DNA of 64,000 nucleotides from an uncultured Planctomycetota bacterium. GTDB lineage: Bacteria; Planctomycetota; Phycisphaerae; Tepidisphaerales; Tepidisphaeraceae. The notes beneath the pieces are model-generated. The model saw only the letters and a list, made by a program, of their open reading frames with translations. It searched no databases and had not been told where the DNA came from. The translations under genes were made by a program, and so were the position numbers. The stretch lies in the NCBI GenBank assembly GCA_963841915.1, contig CAWJEN010000006.1, positions 992,001-1,056,000 on the forward strand, in the 5' to 3' direction. Each line of letters begins with the position of its first letter. The first letter of the stretch is position 1. This document shows, one piece after another, positions 10,422 to 19,874 of the stretch.

Positions 10422-13133
10422 ATGTTGATCCAACGCTTCGGTCGCCCGCTCCTTGCTGTCTTGTGCCTCGCCTCGCTGGCGGCGGCTGATCCTGAGCCCG
10501 TCGACGTGGCCGACCTGGCGCTCGGCGAGGGCTTGTCGCTCCGCGTCTACGACCTCGGCGAGCCGATCGACCGTTTGCCGACCCTGATCGAGGGCCAGAC
10601 GGCCAACGTAAATAAGACGGTCGAGCGGCCCGACCTGGGCAACGACTCGTTCGAGCTCGATGACCGCTTCTACGCAGAGCTCACCGGATACCTACTCGTT
10701 GACGAGCCGGGCGAATACGAGTTCTCGCTAAAAAGCGACGACGGCAGCGCGTTCTACATCGGCAGCGACCTTGTCATCGGCCACGACGGCTTGCACGACC
10801 GCAACTCGTCGATCGAGAGCCTTGTCGAACTCGACGCTGGTGCGTACCCGATCCGCGTCGTTATGTTCGACAACACCAACTCGGCCATGCTGCGCCTGAG
10901 TTGGCGGACGCCGGGGACCGATCACATCGTCGTCATTCCGAGCAAGCACCTCAGAACGGAGACGGGCCAGGTGCGTGTCACCAGTCCCGGCACGAAGCAG
11001 TTCGACGTGCCCGGCGGGCCGCTCAAAAGCACCCGACGCGCCGGCGACAGGCGGCCTCTGGCCGGGGTTCACCCGGCGACACGTCTGGTCGAACTGCGGC
11101 CCGAAGGCTTCGAACCGGCCGTGGGCGGCATCGACTTTCTGCCGGACGGCCGCATGCTCGTGTGCCTTTGGGAACCCCAAGGCCGCGTCATGATGCTCGA
11201 CGGCGTGGCCGGGCCGGATGCCGACGCCGACTTCGTCGACGCCAAACAGATCGCCCAAGGCCTGGCCGAGCCGCTCGGCATCAACGTCATGATCGGCGAC
11301 GACGGCGAGGCGCGCATCTTCGTCCTGCAGAAGCAGGAACTCACCGAACTCATCGACCACGACGGCGACGACGTTATCGACGAGTACCGCGCGGCTGTCA
11401 CCGGCTGGCCCGTCAGCGACAACTTCCACGAGTTCGCCTTCGGCCTCACCCAGCGCGACGGCAAGCTGTACGGCACGCTCGCGCTGGCCATCAATCCCGG
11501 TGGCGCGACGACCGAGCCGCAGGTCGACGGTCGCGGCACGGTTATCGAGATGGACCCGGACGCGGGCACCTACCGCACCTACGCCGCCGGGCTTCGCACG
11601 CCCAACGGCATCGGCTACGGCGAGGCCGGTGAGATCTACATCCTCGACAATCAAGGTGACTGGCTGCCCAGCAGCAAGGTGTTGCGGCTCGAAGAAGGTG
11701 CGTTTTACAACTCGCACATCACCCCGCCGCACCCGTATGCGACACGACCCGTCACCCCGCCTGTCGCCTGGTTGCCGCAAGGAGAAATCGGCAACTCGCC
11801 CACCGCCCCGTCGCCCGTGCCCGACGGCTGGGGCCCCTACGCCGGTCAGCAGTTCCACGGCGATGTCACGCACGGCGGTGTGAAACGCGTCGATGTCGAG
11901 ATGGTCGAAGACGCCGACGGCAACGACGTCTGGCAGGGGTGCGTCTTCCGCTTCAGCCAAGGCCTCGAGGCCGGCACCAACCGCATGATGGTCGGCCCGG
12001 ACGGTGACCTCTACATCGGCGGAATCGGGTCCAACGGCAACTGGGGCCAAAGCGGCAAGTTGCGATTCGGCCTGCAAAAGCTCACGTGGACCGGTGATCT
12101 GCCCTTCGAGATGGTGCACGTGCTCCCGGGTCAGTCGAGCCAGGGCCAGGGCATCGAGATTGTCTTCACCACGCCGCTGGCCGAGGGTTCAGGCGCATCA
12201 GCGCAAAGCTACCGCGTCCGCCAATGGACGTACGAGCCCAACGAGAACTACGGTGGCCCGAAGATCGATCAGAGCGACGTGAGGATAACGTCGGTCGTCG
12301 TCTCAGATGACCGCTTGAAGGCTTACCTGCGGGTCGCCGACGAGACGCCGATGAAGGAGAACTTCCTCGTTCACGTGGTCCTCAACGATCAAGGCAATGA
12401 TGCCGTTCGCGGCGAAGGCGGCCTCGAACCCTGGACGACCGAAGGCTTCTACACCCTCAATACCCTGCCCATGCGCACTTCAAGTTTCGACACACAAAAT
12501 GATGACGACTTCACGACGCTCTTCGACGGCACCGCCGAGAGCGCGGCCGCCAACTGGCGCGGCTACAAGCAAGAGGCCCTGCCCGATGCGTGGCAAGTCG
12601 TCGACGGCAATCTGACCCTCACGAGCGGCGGCGCGGGTGACATCGTCACGAACGACACGTACACGGACTTCGACCTCCGTCTCGAGTGGAATATCAGCCA
12701 AGGCGGTAACAGCGGCATCTTTCATGGCGTCGCCGAAGAAGGCGAACACACGAAGAACACGTACCAGACCGGGCTTGAGATGCAGGTGCTCGACGACGAG
12801 CGGCACCCCGACGGTCGAAACGGCCGCGACCGGCTGGCGGGTGCGCTGTACAACCTAGTCGACGTGCCGGACCCGTCACCGGTTCGTCCGGCAGGTGAGT
12901 GGAACGAGGCCCGCATCGTCGTTGAGAACGATCGCGTCCTGCACTATCTGAACGGCACCGTCGTCGCCGACGTCATGCTCGGCAGCGACGACTGGAAGCA
13001 GCGTCTTGCCGCTTCGAAGTTCGCCGACTGGCCGCGCTTTGCCAAGGTCCGCACCGGTCATATCGGCCTGCAGGATCACGGCGACGTCGTCCACTACCGC
13101 AACATCCGCATCCGCCGACTCGGCGACGAGTGA
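10422..13133 (+). CDS. Secreted PA14 + sugar-dehydrogenase-like beta-propeller + DUF1080 (3-keto-glycoside hydrolase) protein
   Basis: SDDGS/HDGLH (PA14); GLAEPLG, GLRTPNG, DNQGDW (propeller); GGNSGIF, EMQVLDD, GEWN, GHIGLQDHG...YRNIRIR (DUF1080). Confidence 0.85.
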   Translation: MLIQRFGRPLLAVLCLASLAAADPEPVDVADLALGEGLSLRVYDLGEPIDRLPTLIEGQTANVNKTVERPDLGNDSFELDDRFYAELTGYLLVDEPGEYEFSLKSDDGSAFYIGSDLVIGHDGLHDRNSSIESLVELDAGAYPIRVVMFDNTNSAMLRLSWRTPGTDHIVVIPSKHLRTETGQVRVTSPGTKQFDVPGGPLKSTRRAGDRRPLAGVHPATRLVELRPEGFEPAVGGIDFLPDGRMLVCLWEPQGRVMMLDGVAGPDADADFVDAKQIAQGLAEPLGINVMIGDDGEARIFVLQKQELTELIDHDGDDVIDEYRAAVTGWPVSDNFHEFAFGLTQRDGKLYGTLALAINPGGATTEPQVDGRGTVIEMDPDAGTYRTYAAGLRTPNGIGYGEAGEIYILDNQGDWLPSSKVLRLEEGAFYNSHITPPHPYATRPVTPPVAWLPQGEIGNSPTAPSPVPDGWGPYAGQQFHGDVTHGGVKRVDVEMVEDADGNDVWQGCVFRFSQGLEAGTNRMMVGPDGDLYIGGIGSNGNWGQSGKLRFGLQKLTWTGDLPFEMVHVLPGQSSQGQGIEIVFTTPLAEGSGASAQSYRVRQWTYEPNENYGGPKIDQSDVRITSVVVSDDRLKAYLRVADETPMKENFLVHVVLNDQGNDAVRGEGGLEPWTTEGFYTLNTLPMRTSSFDTQNDDDFTTLFDGTAESAAANWRGYKQEALPDAWQVVDGNLTLTSGGAGDIVTNDTYTDFDLRLEWNISQGGNSGIFHGVAEEGEHTKNTYQTGLEMQVLDDERHPDGRNGRDRLAGALYNLVDVPDPSPVRPAGEWNEARIVVENDRVLHYLNGTVVADVMLGSDDWKQRLAASKFADWPRFAKVRTGHIGLQDHGDVVHYRNIRIRRLGDE

Positions 13134-13340
13134 GCCGACAACCCAATAGTCCGGCTCGATCTCGTCCATCCGCTTTGCGGCAGCGACTCCGAGCTACGGG
13201 TCTCCACCGGACTGACCTATCAGGCTGTCGGAGTGCCGTGTGGAATGACCTACTGGTCGCCCCGCAACCGACCAGGCGGCCATGTCTTCAGCCGTTGAGG
13301 CAAGAGGTCAGCTTGCGGCAAAATTGGATAGCCTGTTGCC

Positions 13341-14765
13341 ATGCCCGACGCCAAGCAGCCGAACGTTGTTGTCGTATTTTCCGATCAGCAGCGTCATGAC
13401 TCGTGCGGCCTGCACGGCAATCCGCTCGGGCTCACGCCGAACTTCGACCACTTTGCGAGTCGCGGGACGCACGTCGCTACGTGCATCACGCCGCAACCCG
13501 TGTGCGGTCCGGCGCGGGCTTGCCTGCAGACCGGTCGTTTTGCGACGGCCGTCGGCGGTGGGTGCCACACGAACAATGGCATCCTGCCGACCGACTCGGA
13601 CGCGCTGGCCAAGCGGTTTGCAGCGGCGGGCTACGCGACGGGTTACTTCGGCAAGTGGCACCTTGGCCCTGGTGGCGGAGCGAGCCAAGCCGTCGCCCCC
13701 GAGCATCGCGGCGGCTGGCAAACGTGGCTCGCCGCCAACGCCATCGAAGCCTGCAGCGACTCGTACCACGCTGTTGCTTACGACGAAGAAGGTCGCGAGC
13801 ACCTGCTGCCCGGCTACCGCAGCGACGCCTTCACCGACGCCGCCATCCGGTTCATCGGCGAGCATCGCAACGGGCCGTTTCTGTGCATGGTGAGCAATCT
13901 CGAGCCGCACATGCAAAACCACCGCGACGCGCACCCGGCACCCGACGGGTACGAGCAACGCTACCACGGCCGCTGGACGCCACCCGATCTGGCGGCCCTG
14001 CCCGGTGTTCACCCGTTCTACGAACACCTTGTCGGCGGTAACGCCCAACAGGAGCTTGGCGGTTACTGGGGCATGTGCAAACGACTCGACGAAGGGCTCG
14101 GCCGCGTGATGGATGCCCTGCGGTCGCTAGGCCAACTCGACAACACCATCGTCGTCTACACGAGCGATCACGCGAGTCATTTCCGCACGCGAAATGATGA
14201 GTACAAGCGATCGCCTCATGAGAGCAGCGTGCGTGTGCCTTGCATGTTCCACGGCGGCCCGTTCACCGGTGGCGGGCGGATCGAGGTGCCCTTTCAGCTG
14301 ACCGACCTGGCACCGACGCTGTGCGACGCGGCAGGTCTGGGGTCGCCGACGGGCTCGCAAGGCAAGAGCCTGCTGCCGATCGTCAAGCGTCAGTCGACGG
14401 AGTGGCCCCAGGAGGCTTTTATACAGATCAGCGAGAGCGTGTGCGGCAGAGCGGTGCGGACGGCGCGGTGGAAGTACGCTGTCGAAGACAGAGACACGAA
14501 GGCGACGGAGCCGTTCGGCAGTCGGTACGTCGAGACGCATCTGTATGACCTGGCGAGCGACCCGTACGAGCTGTGCAATCTGGCCGGGATCGAGGCGTAT
14601 GCGACGGTCCGGCAGGAGATGAAAGAGCGGCTGCGTCGACGCATGGCCGAGGCGGGCGAGCCGGTGGCGGAGCTGGTCGACGCGGAGGTGCCGACGGTGC
14701 TGCCGGGGCAGGCGTCGCAGCTGGAGATTCGGGCGAGCGATGTGAAGCTGCCGAGGGTCGACTGA
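13341..14765 (+). CDS. Formylglycine-dependent sulfatase
   Basis: PNVVVVFSDQQR, CGPARACLQTG (CxPxR), GKWHLG, YTSDH, LYDLASDPYE. Confidence 0.92.
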   Translation: MPDAKQPNVVVVFSDQQRHDSCGLHGNPLGLTPNFDHFASRGTHVATCITPQPVCGPARACLQTGRFATAVGGGCHTNNGILPTDSDALAKRFAAAGYATGYFGKWHLGPGGGASQAVAPEHRGGWQTWLAANAIEACSDSYHAVAYDEEGREHLLPGYRSDAFTDAAIRFIGEHRNGPFLCMVSNLEPHMQNHRDAHPAPDGYEQRYHGRWTPPDLAALPGVHPFYEHLVGGNAQQELGGYWGMCKRLDEGLGRVMDALRSLGQLDNTIVVYTSDHASHFRTRNDEYKRSPHESSVRVPCMFHGGPFTGGGRIEVPFQLTDLAPTLCDAAGLGSPTGSQGKSLLPIVKRQSTEWPQEAFIQISESVCGRAVRTARWKYAVEDRDTKATEPFGSRYVETHLYDLASDPYELCNLAGIEAYATVRQEMKERLRRRMAEAGEPVAELVDAEVPTVLPGQASQLEIRASDVKLPRVD

Positions 14766-14938
14766 GCAAGGTTGCGCGATGGCGGCCGCGGTGGCGCATG
14801 TCGTAATCTGCCGTATTCAGACGCACCCAGTTGCGACGGCGGTCGATTCATGCTGTATTTTTTGCTGGAAACGGCTGCAATTTTGCAGCTCGGCCGACGA
14901 CCCGCCGACGCAGTCGGAGGCTCGGCGAGTGCTCAGAA

Positions 14939-14954
14939 TGTTCCACGTGGAACA
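14939..14954. promoter_or_regulatory. parS-like site
   Basis: TGTTCCACGTGGAACA, a perfect palindrome matching the bacterial chromosomal parS consensus. Confidence 0.8.
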
Positions 14955-15013
14955 ATGGGCCGAGGCAAAACCCCGCTGCCGAGCCGCCAACGCACTCGGC
15001 GGGTCCGGCGGAA

Positions 15014-15029
15014 TGTTCCACGTGGAACA
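15014..15029. promoter_or_regulatory. parS-like site
   Basis: TGTTCCACGTGGAACA; the palindrome extends to 20 bp (15012-15031). Confidence 0.8.
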
Positions 15030-15129
15030 TTGCCGCGTCCGGCGACTCCAATGGCCGCCGCCGCGCAACAAACATTCGCGTTGCAGGTGCTGGAGCGGCT
15101 GGAGCTTGACGCTCTTCTAATGTGTTTCG

Positions 15130-16008
15130 ATGCCTCTCGCGTTCATCGGTCTCGGCAGCAACCTCGGAGATCGGCAGTCGCTGATCTACGTCGCGATCGA
15201 CAAGATCAATCAGCTCGACGGCATTCGGGTCACGCGGACAAGCGACCTCTACGCGTCAGCGGCCCACGACTCGCCGCCGGGTTCGCCGAACTACCTCAAT
15301 GCGGTGGCTGAGGTGTCGACGACGCTGACGCCAACGCAGTTGCTGACGTCGCTGCAGACCATCGAGCACATGCTGGGTCGCGAGCGGCCGGCTGACGTTC
15401 GCAACGCGCCACGGTCGATCGATCTGGACTTGCTGCTTTATGAAGGGCTGGTATTGGAGACGCCCGAACTGACGCTGCCACACCCGCGGATGAACGAGCG
15501 TGCCTTCGTACTCGCGCCGCTGTGCGAGCTTTATCCGGCGTTTGTGCACCCGACGACGGGTCAGACACTGTCGACGCACTACGAGCAGATCAAGCCCACC
15601 GCAACGCCTGCTGTCCGGTTGAACAACATCAAGTCGATGGTGCTCGACAAGCGTGGGCTAACACCAGTTGATCGCTTGGCGGGAGGCATCGGATTGGCGG
15701 CTGCATTGCTCGTCGCCACCGTCGTATTTGGCAGCAGCTTCCTTGTCCTGCTGCAGTTGGAACCGGACCTCTTGCCGATTTCCGTCTTTGGCCTGCTGCT
15801 CTCGGCCATTGGAGGTTATGGCCTGATCCGTTACCACAGAGCCGCGGAGCGTCTCGACCGTTACGTGAGGACCCTGCCGCCGGACGATGATGCCGACGAC
15901 GTGGGTCATGGGTTTGAGGTGCTCGATGCCGAGGTCGTTGCCGAGGCTTCGCTACCGTCGCCCGATGCAAGTGTGCCGGACGATCAGCGAGATGCGGCAA
16001 GCCCGTGA
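15130..16008 (+). CDS. folK: 2-amino-4-hydroxy-6-hydroxymethyldihydropteridine diphosphokinase with C-terminal membrane extension
   Basis: AFIGLGSNLGDR, YLNAV, IEHMLGRER, APRSIDLDLL, LPHPRMNERAFVLAPL. Confidence 0.9.
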   Translation: MPLAFIGLGSNLGDRQSLIYVAIDKINQLDGIRVTRTSDLYASAAHDSPPGSPNYLNAVAEVSTTLTPTQLLTSLQTIEHMLGRERPADVRNAPRSIDLDLLLYEGLVLETPELTLPHPRMNERAFVLAPLCELYPAFVHPTTGQTLSTHYEQIKPTATPAVRLNNIKSMVLDKRGLTPVDRLAGGIGLAAALLVATVVFGSSFLVLLQLEPDLLPISVFGLLLSAIGGYGLIRYHRAAERLDRYVRTLPPDDDADDVGHGFEVLDAEVVAEASLPSPDASVPDDQRDAASP

Positions 16009-16780
16009 AGCCCTCGACGGCCGCGTCGGGTTCGTGCCGACGATGGGTGCGTTGCACGCGGGTCACTTGTCGCTCGTCGAGCAGGCTGCGTTTCACGTGG
16101 AACATGTCGCGGCCAGCGTCTTTGTGAACCCGACGCAGTTCAACGACCCGGCCGACTTCGACAAGTACCCGCGGACGCTCGATGACGATCTGGCCATGCT
16201 GGAGAAGGCGGGCGTGGAGCTGGTGTTCTGCCCGGAGCCGGGCGAGGTCTATCGACCGGGCGAGGCGGACGTGGCGGTCGACGTGCCGGCACTCACCGGA
16301 CGCTTGGAAGGGGCACATCGACCGGGTCACTTCGCCGGCGTTTGCCGGGTGGTGTTGAAGCTGTTCAACATCGTGCGGCCGGACGTGGCGGTGTTCGGCA
16401 GCAAGGATTTTCAGCAGCTTCGCGTGATCGAGGCGATGGTCCGCGGGCTCGACCTGCCGATCGAGATCATTGCTGCTCCGATCGTGCGGGAGGACGACGG
16501 TCTGGCCATGAGCAGTCGCAACCGACGCCTTTCCGAGACGGAGCGGTCGGCAGTCGTGGCCATACCCGAAGCCTTGCAGGACGCGACGGCAGACGATCGG
16601 CCGTTGCGGCTCGTCGAGCGAGAGGTGCGGGCCAAGCTCACGCGGGCGTGGCTGCGGGTCGACTACGTCGAGGCGGTCGATCCGGTCTCGCTGCAGTCGG
16701 CCCAGGAGCGGCCTGCCCGGCTGGTGGTCGCTGCCTACGCGGGAGAGGTTCGGCTGATCGACAACGTCCGACTTGGCTGA
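15965..16780 (+). CDS. panC: Pantoate-beta-alanine ligase
   Basis: GFVPTMGALHAGHLSL, SVFVNPTQF, RPGHFAGV, FGSKDFQQ, REDDGLAMSSRN, RLIDN. Confidence 0.95.
   Translation: MQVCRTISEMRQAREALDGRVGFVPTMGALHAGHLSLVEQAAFHVEHVAASVFVNPTQFNDPADFDKYPRTLDDDLAMLEKAGVELVFCPEPGEVYRPGEADVAVDVPALTGRLEGAHRPGHFAGVCRVVLKLFNIVRPDVAVFGSKDFQQLRVIEAMVRGLDLPIEIIAAPIVREDDGLAMSSRNRRLSETERSAVVAIPEALQDATADDRPLRLVEREVRAKLTRAWLRVDYVEAVDPVSLQSAQERPARLVVAAYAGEVRLIDNVRLG
16089..16104. promoter_or_regulatory. parS-like site inside panC
   Basis: CGTTTCACGTGGAACA. Confidence 0.6.
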
Positions 16781-16840
16781 TGTTCAAGGTACGGGAGCGT
16801 CTTTGCCGCGGGTGTTGTCGGGTCGAATAGACTGCAGAAC

Positions 16841-17839
16841 GTGCTGCGCGAACTCTTTCGGATTCCGTTCATCGACTGGCCTGTCTACGGGTACGGGCTC
16901 ATGCTCGTGCTCGGCGTGTGGGCTTCGATCGAACTCGGCAAGCGGCTGTTCAAGATCTTCGGACTCAACGGTGACGACTTCGTCACGATCGGCGTGCTCG
17001 GCCTCGTCAGCGGCGTCGTCGGGGCCAGGCTCAGTCACGTGCTGGAGAACTTCGGCACCTACACCAGCGCCGAGCGGAGCATCGGAGACAACTTCCTTGC
17101 GGCCATAAACATCACCGGGGGCGGACTGACCTTTTACGGCGGCTTCCTCATGGCGACGGCGGTGCTGCTGCTCTACGGTCGCGTCAAGGGCTTGCCGATC
17201 CGACTGTCGATTGACATCGTCGGACCGTGCCTCATGTTCGGCCTGGCGTTTGGTCGCGTGGGATGTTTGCTCAACGGCTGCTGCTGGGGCCAGGTGTGCC
17301 ACGTGGAACAAGTGCCCTGGGCTATCACGTTTCCGTACGACTCACCGGCCGTTGATTTTCAACTGGAAACGGGGCAACTCAAACCCGGCGTGGATGTCCC
17401 GCAGGAGCTGGTCGGTTATGTCGAGACGGACGAAGGCCTGATCCCGACGACGCTCAACCAGCAGCAGGTACAAGCCGACCCGCGACTGGCGGAGATGGCT
17501 CGCAGCGTCCGGTCGCTGCCGGTCCACCCGACGCAGCTCTACAGCGTGCTCAATGCCCTCATCATCGCTGCAACGCTCCTGGCCTTCCTGACGACACGAC
17601 CGGCTCCGGGCAGGGTGTTCGCGCTGATGTTGCTCCTGTACGGCCCGTCACGATTTGCCTTGGAAACGCTGAGGGTCAACACGCGCCTCACGGGCAACCT
17701 GACGTACTCCATGTGGGTCAGCGTTGGTGTCACAACGGCCGGTGTATTGCTGTGGGTCGCCAGCGGCTACCTCGCCCGTCGCATGCCGTCAAAGACGAGC
17801 GACAGCAGCTTGCCCGCATCATCGACGACTGTCGCCTGA
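16841..17839 (+). CDS. lgt: Prolipoprotein diacylglyceryl transferase
   Basis: YGYGLM, VVGARL, GGLTFYGG, GRVGCLLNGCCWG, VHPTQLY, RFALETLR. Confidence 0.9.
   Translation: MLRELFRIPFIDWPVYGYGLMLVLGVWASIELGKRLFKIFGLNGDDFVTIGVLGLVSGVVGARLSHVLENFGTYTSAERSIGDNFLAAINITGGGLTFYGGFLMATAVLLLYGRVKGLPIRLSIDIVGPCLMFGLAFGRVGCLLNGCCWGQVCHVEQVPWAITFPYDSPAVDFQLETGQLKPGVDVPQELVGYVETDEGLIPTTLNQQQVQADPRLAEMARSVRSLPVHPTQLYSVLNALIIAATLLAFLTTRPAPGRVFALMLLLYGPSRFALETLRVNTRLTGNLTYSMWVSVGVTTAGVLLWVASGYLARRMPSKTSDSSLPASSTTVA
17295..17310. promoter_or_regulatory. Degenerate parS-like site inside lgt
   Basis: TGTGCCACGTGGAACA, one mismatch to the palindrome. Confidence 0.45.
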
Positions 17840-18771
17840 CCGGCAACCACGATTTCGGCCCCAGCCGGCCAGACGTCGCGGAGTTTGACCCAGTCTTTGC
17901 CGGTGACGACAGCCACGCCACCGTCAGGTGTGCGGGCGACGATGTTGGCAGCGTCTGAGGCTGAAAAGACGTGATGGTCCGAAAACATGAGGGTGTCTCG
18001 CACTTCAACCCCCTCGGCAACGAGAGCGTCGACGAAGGCTTGAGGATGGCCGATACCGCAGGCCACAATTGCCGGCCGTCCAGCGACCGCCGCAACATGA
18101 AGTGCGAATCGGCTGGTGAAAGTCGGTGCACGTGTCAACCTCTCGACCTCGCGTCGGGCAGCCGCGGCATCCGCCAAATCGCTCCTTGTGATCAGCACTG
18201 CCGAGGCCCGTCGCAGCCCCTCCACCGGCTCCCGCAAGAGGCCACCCGGCAGAAGCCGGCCATACCCGAATGGCCGCGTCGCGTCGATCAGCACGAGGTC
18301 GACATCCCGCGCCGCTCGCCGGTGTTGAAAACCGTCGTCGAGCACAAAGCACGTCACCTCCGGCCGTTCATTCAGTACCTGTTTGGCCGCCTCGACACGC
18401 TTCGGGTGCGACGCGAAGGCGATCGAATCACCGAGCAGGGACTGGAGCAACTTTGTCTCGTCTGACGTCTCACCGGGAGCTGCTTTGTACCCTCGACTCA
18501 GCACTGCCGGCCGCTCACCTGCGTCGAGCAACTGTCGGCACAGCCATGCCACGACGGGCGTTTTCCCGGTACCGCCTACGGTGATGTTGCCGATGGAAAT
18601 GGTCGGTCTGCCAAGACGTTCGACGTTGTTCCCTCTATTGAAGCCGACGTTGCGAAGCGACACTGCAGCTTGGTATGGAAGCGACATCAAGCCGAGCCCG
18701 TGCCGCACCAAGCGCCAGCACAAGCTCTTCTTCCTGCCGCTGACGATGTCGTGAAAGAGACGCTCCATCAT
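17767..18771 (-). CDS. lpxK: Tetraacyldisaccharide 4'-kinase
   Basis: SIGNITVGGTGKTP, LSRGY, LDDGFQH, LLPGGLLREP, FSDHH, TGKDWVK. Confidence 0.93.
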   Translation of the reverse strand: MMERLFHDIVSGRKKSLCWRLVRHGLGLMSLPYQAAVSLRNVGFNRGNNVERLGRPTISIGNITVGGTGKTPVVAWLCRQLLDAGERPAVLSRGYKAAPGETSDETKLLQSLLGDSIAFASHPKRVEAAKQVLNERPEVTCFVLDDGFQHRRAARDVDLVLIDATRPFGYGRLLPGGLLREPVEGLRRASAVLITRSDLADAAAARREVERLTRAPTFTSRFALHVAAVAGRPAIVACGIGHPQAFVDALVAEGVEVRDTLMFSDHHVFSASDAANIVARTPDGGVAVVTGKDWVKLRDVWPAGAEIVVAGQATVVDDAGKLLSLVFDGMRRAR

Positions 18772-19697
18772 GAGTAGATGCCGAGCTTCTTCGGGTCACA
18801 GACGACAGATCGTGACGATATGCGAGCCACATCGAATGCTTCGACCCAAGCTTCGATGCTGTCGTCCTCGCCAATGTTGAAGTTGCACCAACCGGCAAGA
18901 AGCTGACGGACACGGCCGGGTGACCAGCTGAGCTCTCGCAGCTGCGCGACGCGTGTGTCGCCGTGCCTTTTGGCCAGCTTTCGACCATCCACCCCAACCA
19001 CCAGGGGCAGATGCAGGTAACGCACCTCGCCTGCTCCGGGATACAGGAGTCGACGCAAGTACGTCTGACGCACTGAGCTGTCGCGAAGGTCATCGCCTCG
19101 AACGATGTGCGTCACGCCATAGTCGAAATCGTCGACAGCCGACGCCAGCTGATACGAGATGCCACCATCTGCCCGCTGTATGACAAAAGCGCCGAGGTCG
19201 GCCAAGTCATGGGCCTCTACTCGACCCTGAAGATCAGATAGGACAACCTGACCCTCAACCTGCAGGCGAAGAACATCACCGCTGGTTCGAGTCGCCATCG
19301 CTCGTCCCGAACACGCTCCTTGATAGACAGCTGCCCCGTCCTCCGAGACTGCGCTCGCAGTAGCAATGACATCTGCGCGTGAGCAACTGCAAGGGAAAAC
19401 ACGCCCGGCCTGGGAGATTTGAGTGACGACATTCTCGTAATGAGGCACTCGCGACGAAGGGAGTGGCGTCATCTGACCCCAGTCAAGACCCAACCATCGC
19501 AAGTCGCGCTGGGCCGCGGCGACCGCGCCCGGTTTGTTCCGCGGCCCGTCTAAATCATCAATCCGCAGGAGCACTTGCCAATCAAGCTGCTTCGCCATCG
19601 CCCACTGGACGATAAAGGTTCTCGCGTTTCCAAGGTGCAACGCCCCGGTCGGCGACGGGGCGAGACGGGTAATCGACTGCTTCAGTACGTGGGTCAA
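18768..19697 (-). CDS. gluQ: Glutamyl-Q tRNA(Asp) synthetase (start uncertain)
   Basis: RLAPSPTGALHLGN, LRIDDLD, CSCSR, YQLASAVDD, VRGDDL, KLAKRHG; no anticodon-binding domain. Confidence 0.85.
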   Translation of the reverse strand: MTHVLKQSITRLAPSPTGALHLGNARTFIVQWAMAKQLDWQVLLRIDDLDGPRNKPGAVAAAQRDLRWLGLDWGQMTPLPSSRVPHYENVVTQISQAGRVFPCSCSRADVIATASAVSEDGAAVYQGACSGRAMATRTSGDVLRLQVEGQVVLSDLQGRVEAHDLADLGAFVIQRADGGISYQLASAVDDFDYGVTHIVRGDDLRDSSVRQTYLRRLLYPGAGEVRYLHLPLVVGVDGRKLAKRHGDTRVAQLRELSWSPGRVRQLLAGWCNFNIGEDDSIEAWVEAFDVARISSRSVVCDPKKLGIYS

Positions 19698-19874
19698 AAG
19701 GATGATGCAATCTGTCGCAGAGAAAAAGATATTCGTCTTTTCATAGTAAGGCCGTACGCTAGCATCGGACGAAGCGGCAGACCTTTGTGAAATGGTCAGT
19801 CGCGACGCCGGGTGCGAGACGGGATTTCGGCAGGAGTAGTCCTCCTGTGTTCTGAACCTCTTCAGCCAAGTAAC

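Larger units (their letters stand above)
14771..15069. repeat. Non-coding element, copy 1: 17-bp terminal inverted repeats and two parS-like sites
   Basis: Left end GTTGCGCGATGGCGGCC and right end GGCCGCCGCCGCGCAAC pair at 15/17; homologous to 60915-61192. Confidence 0.7.
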
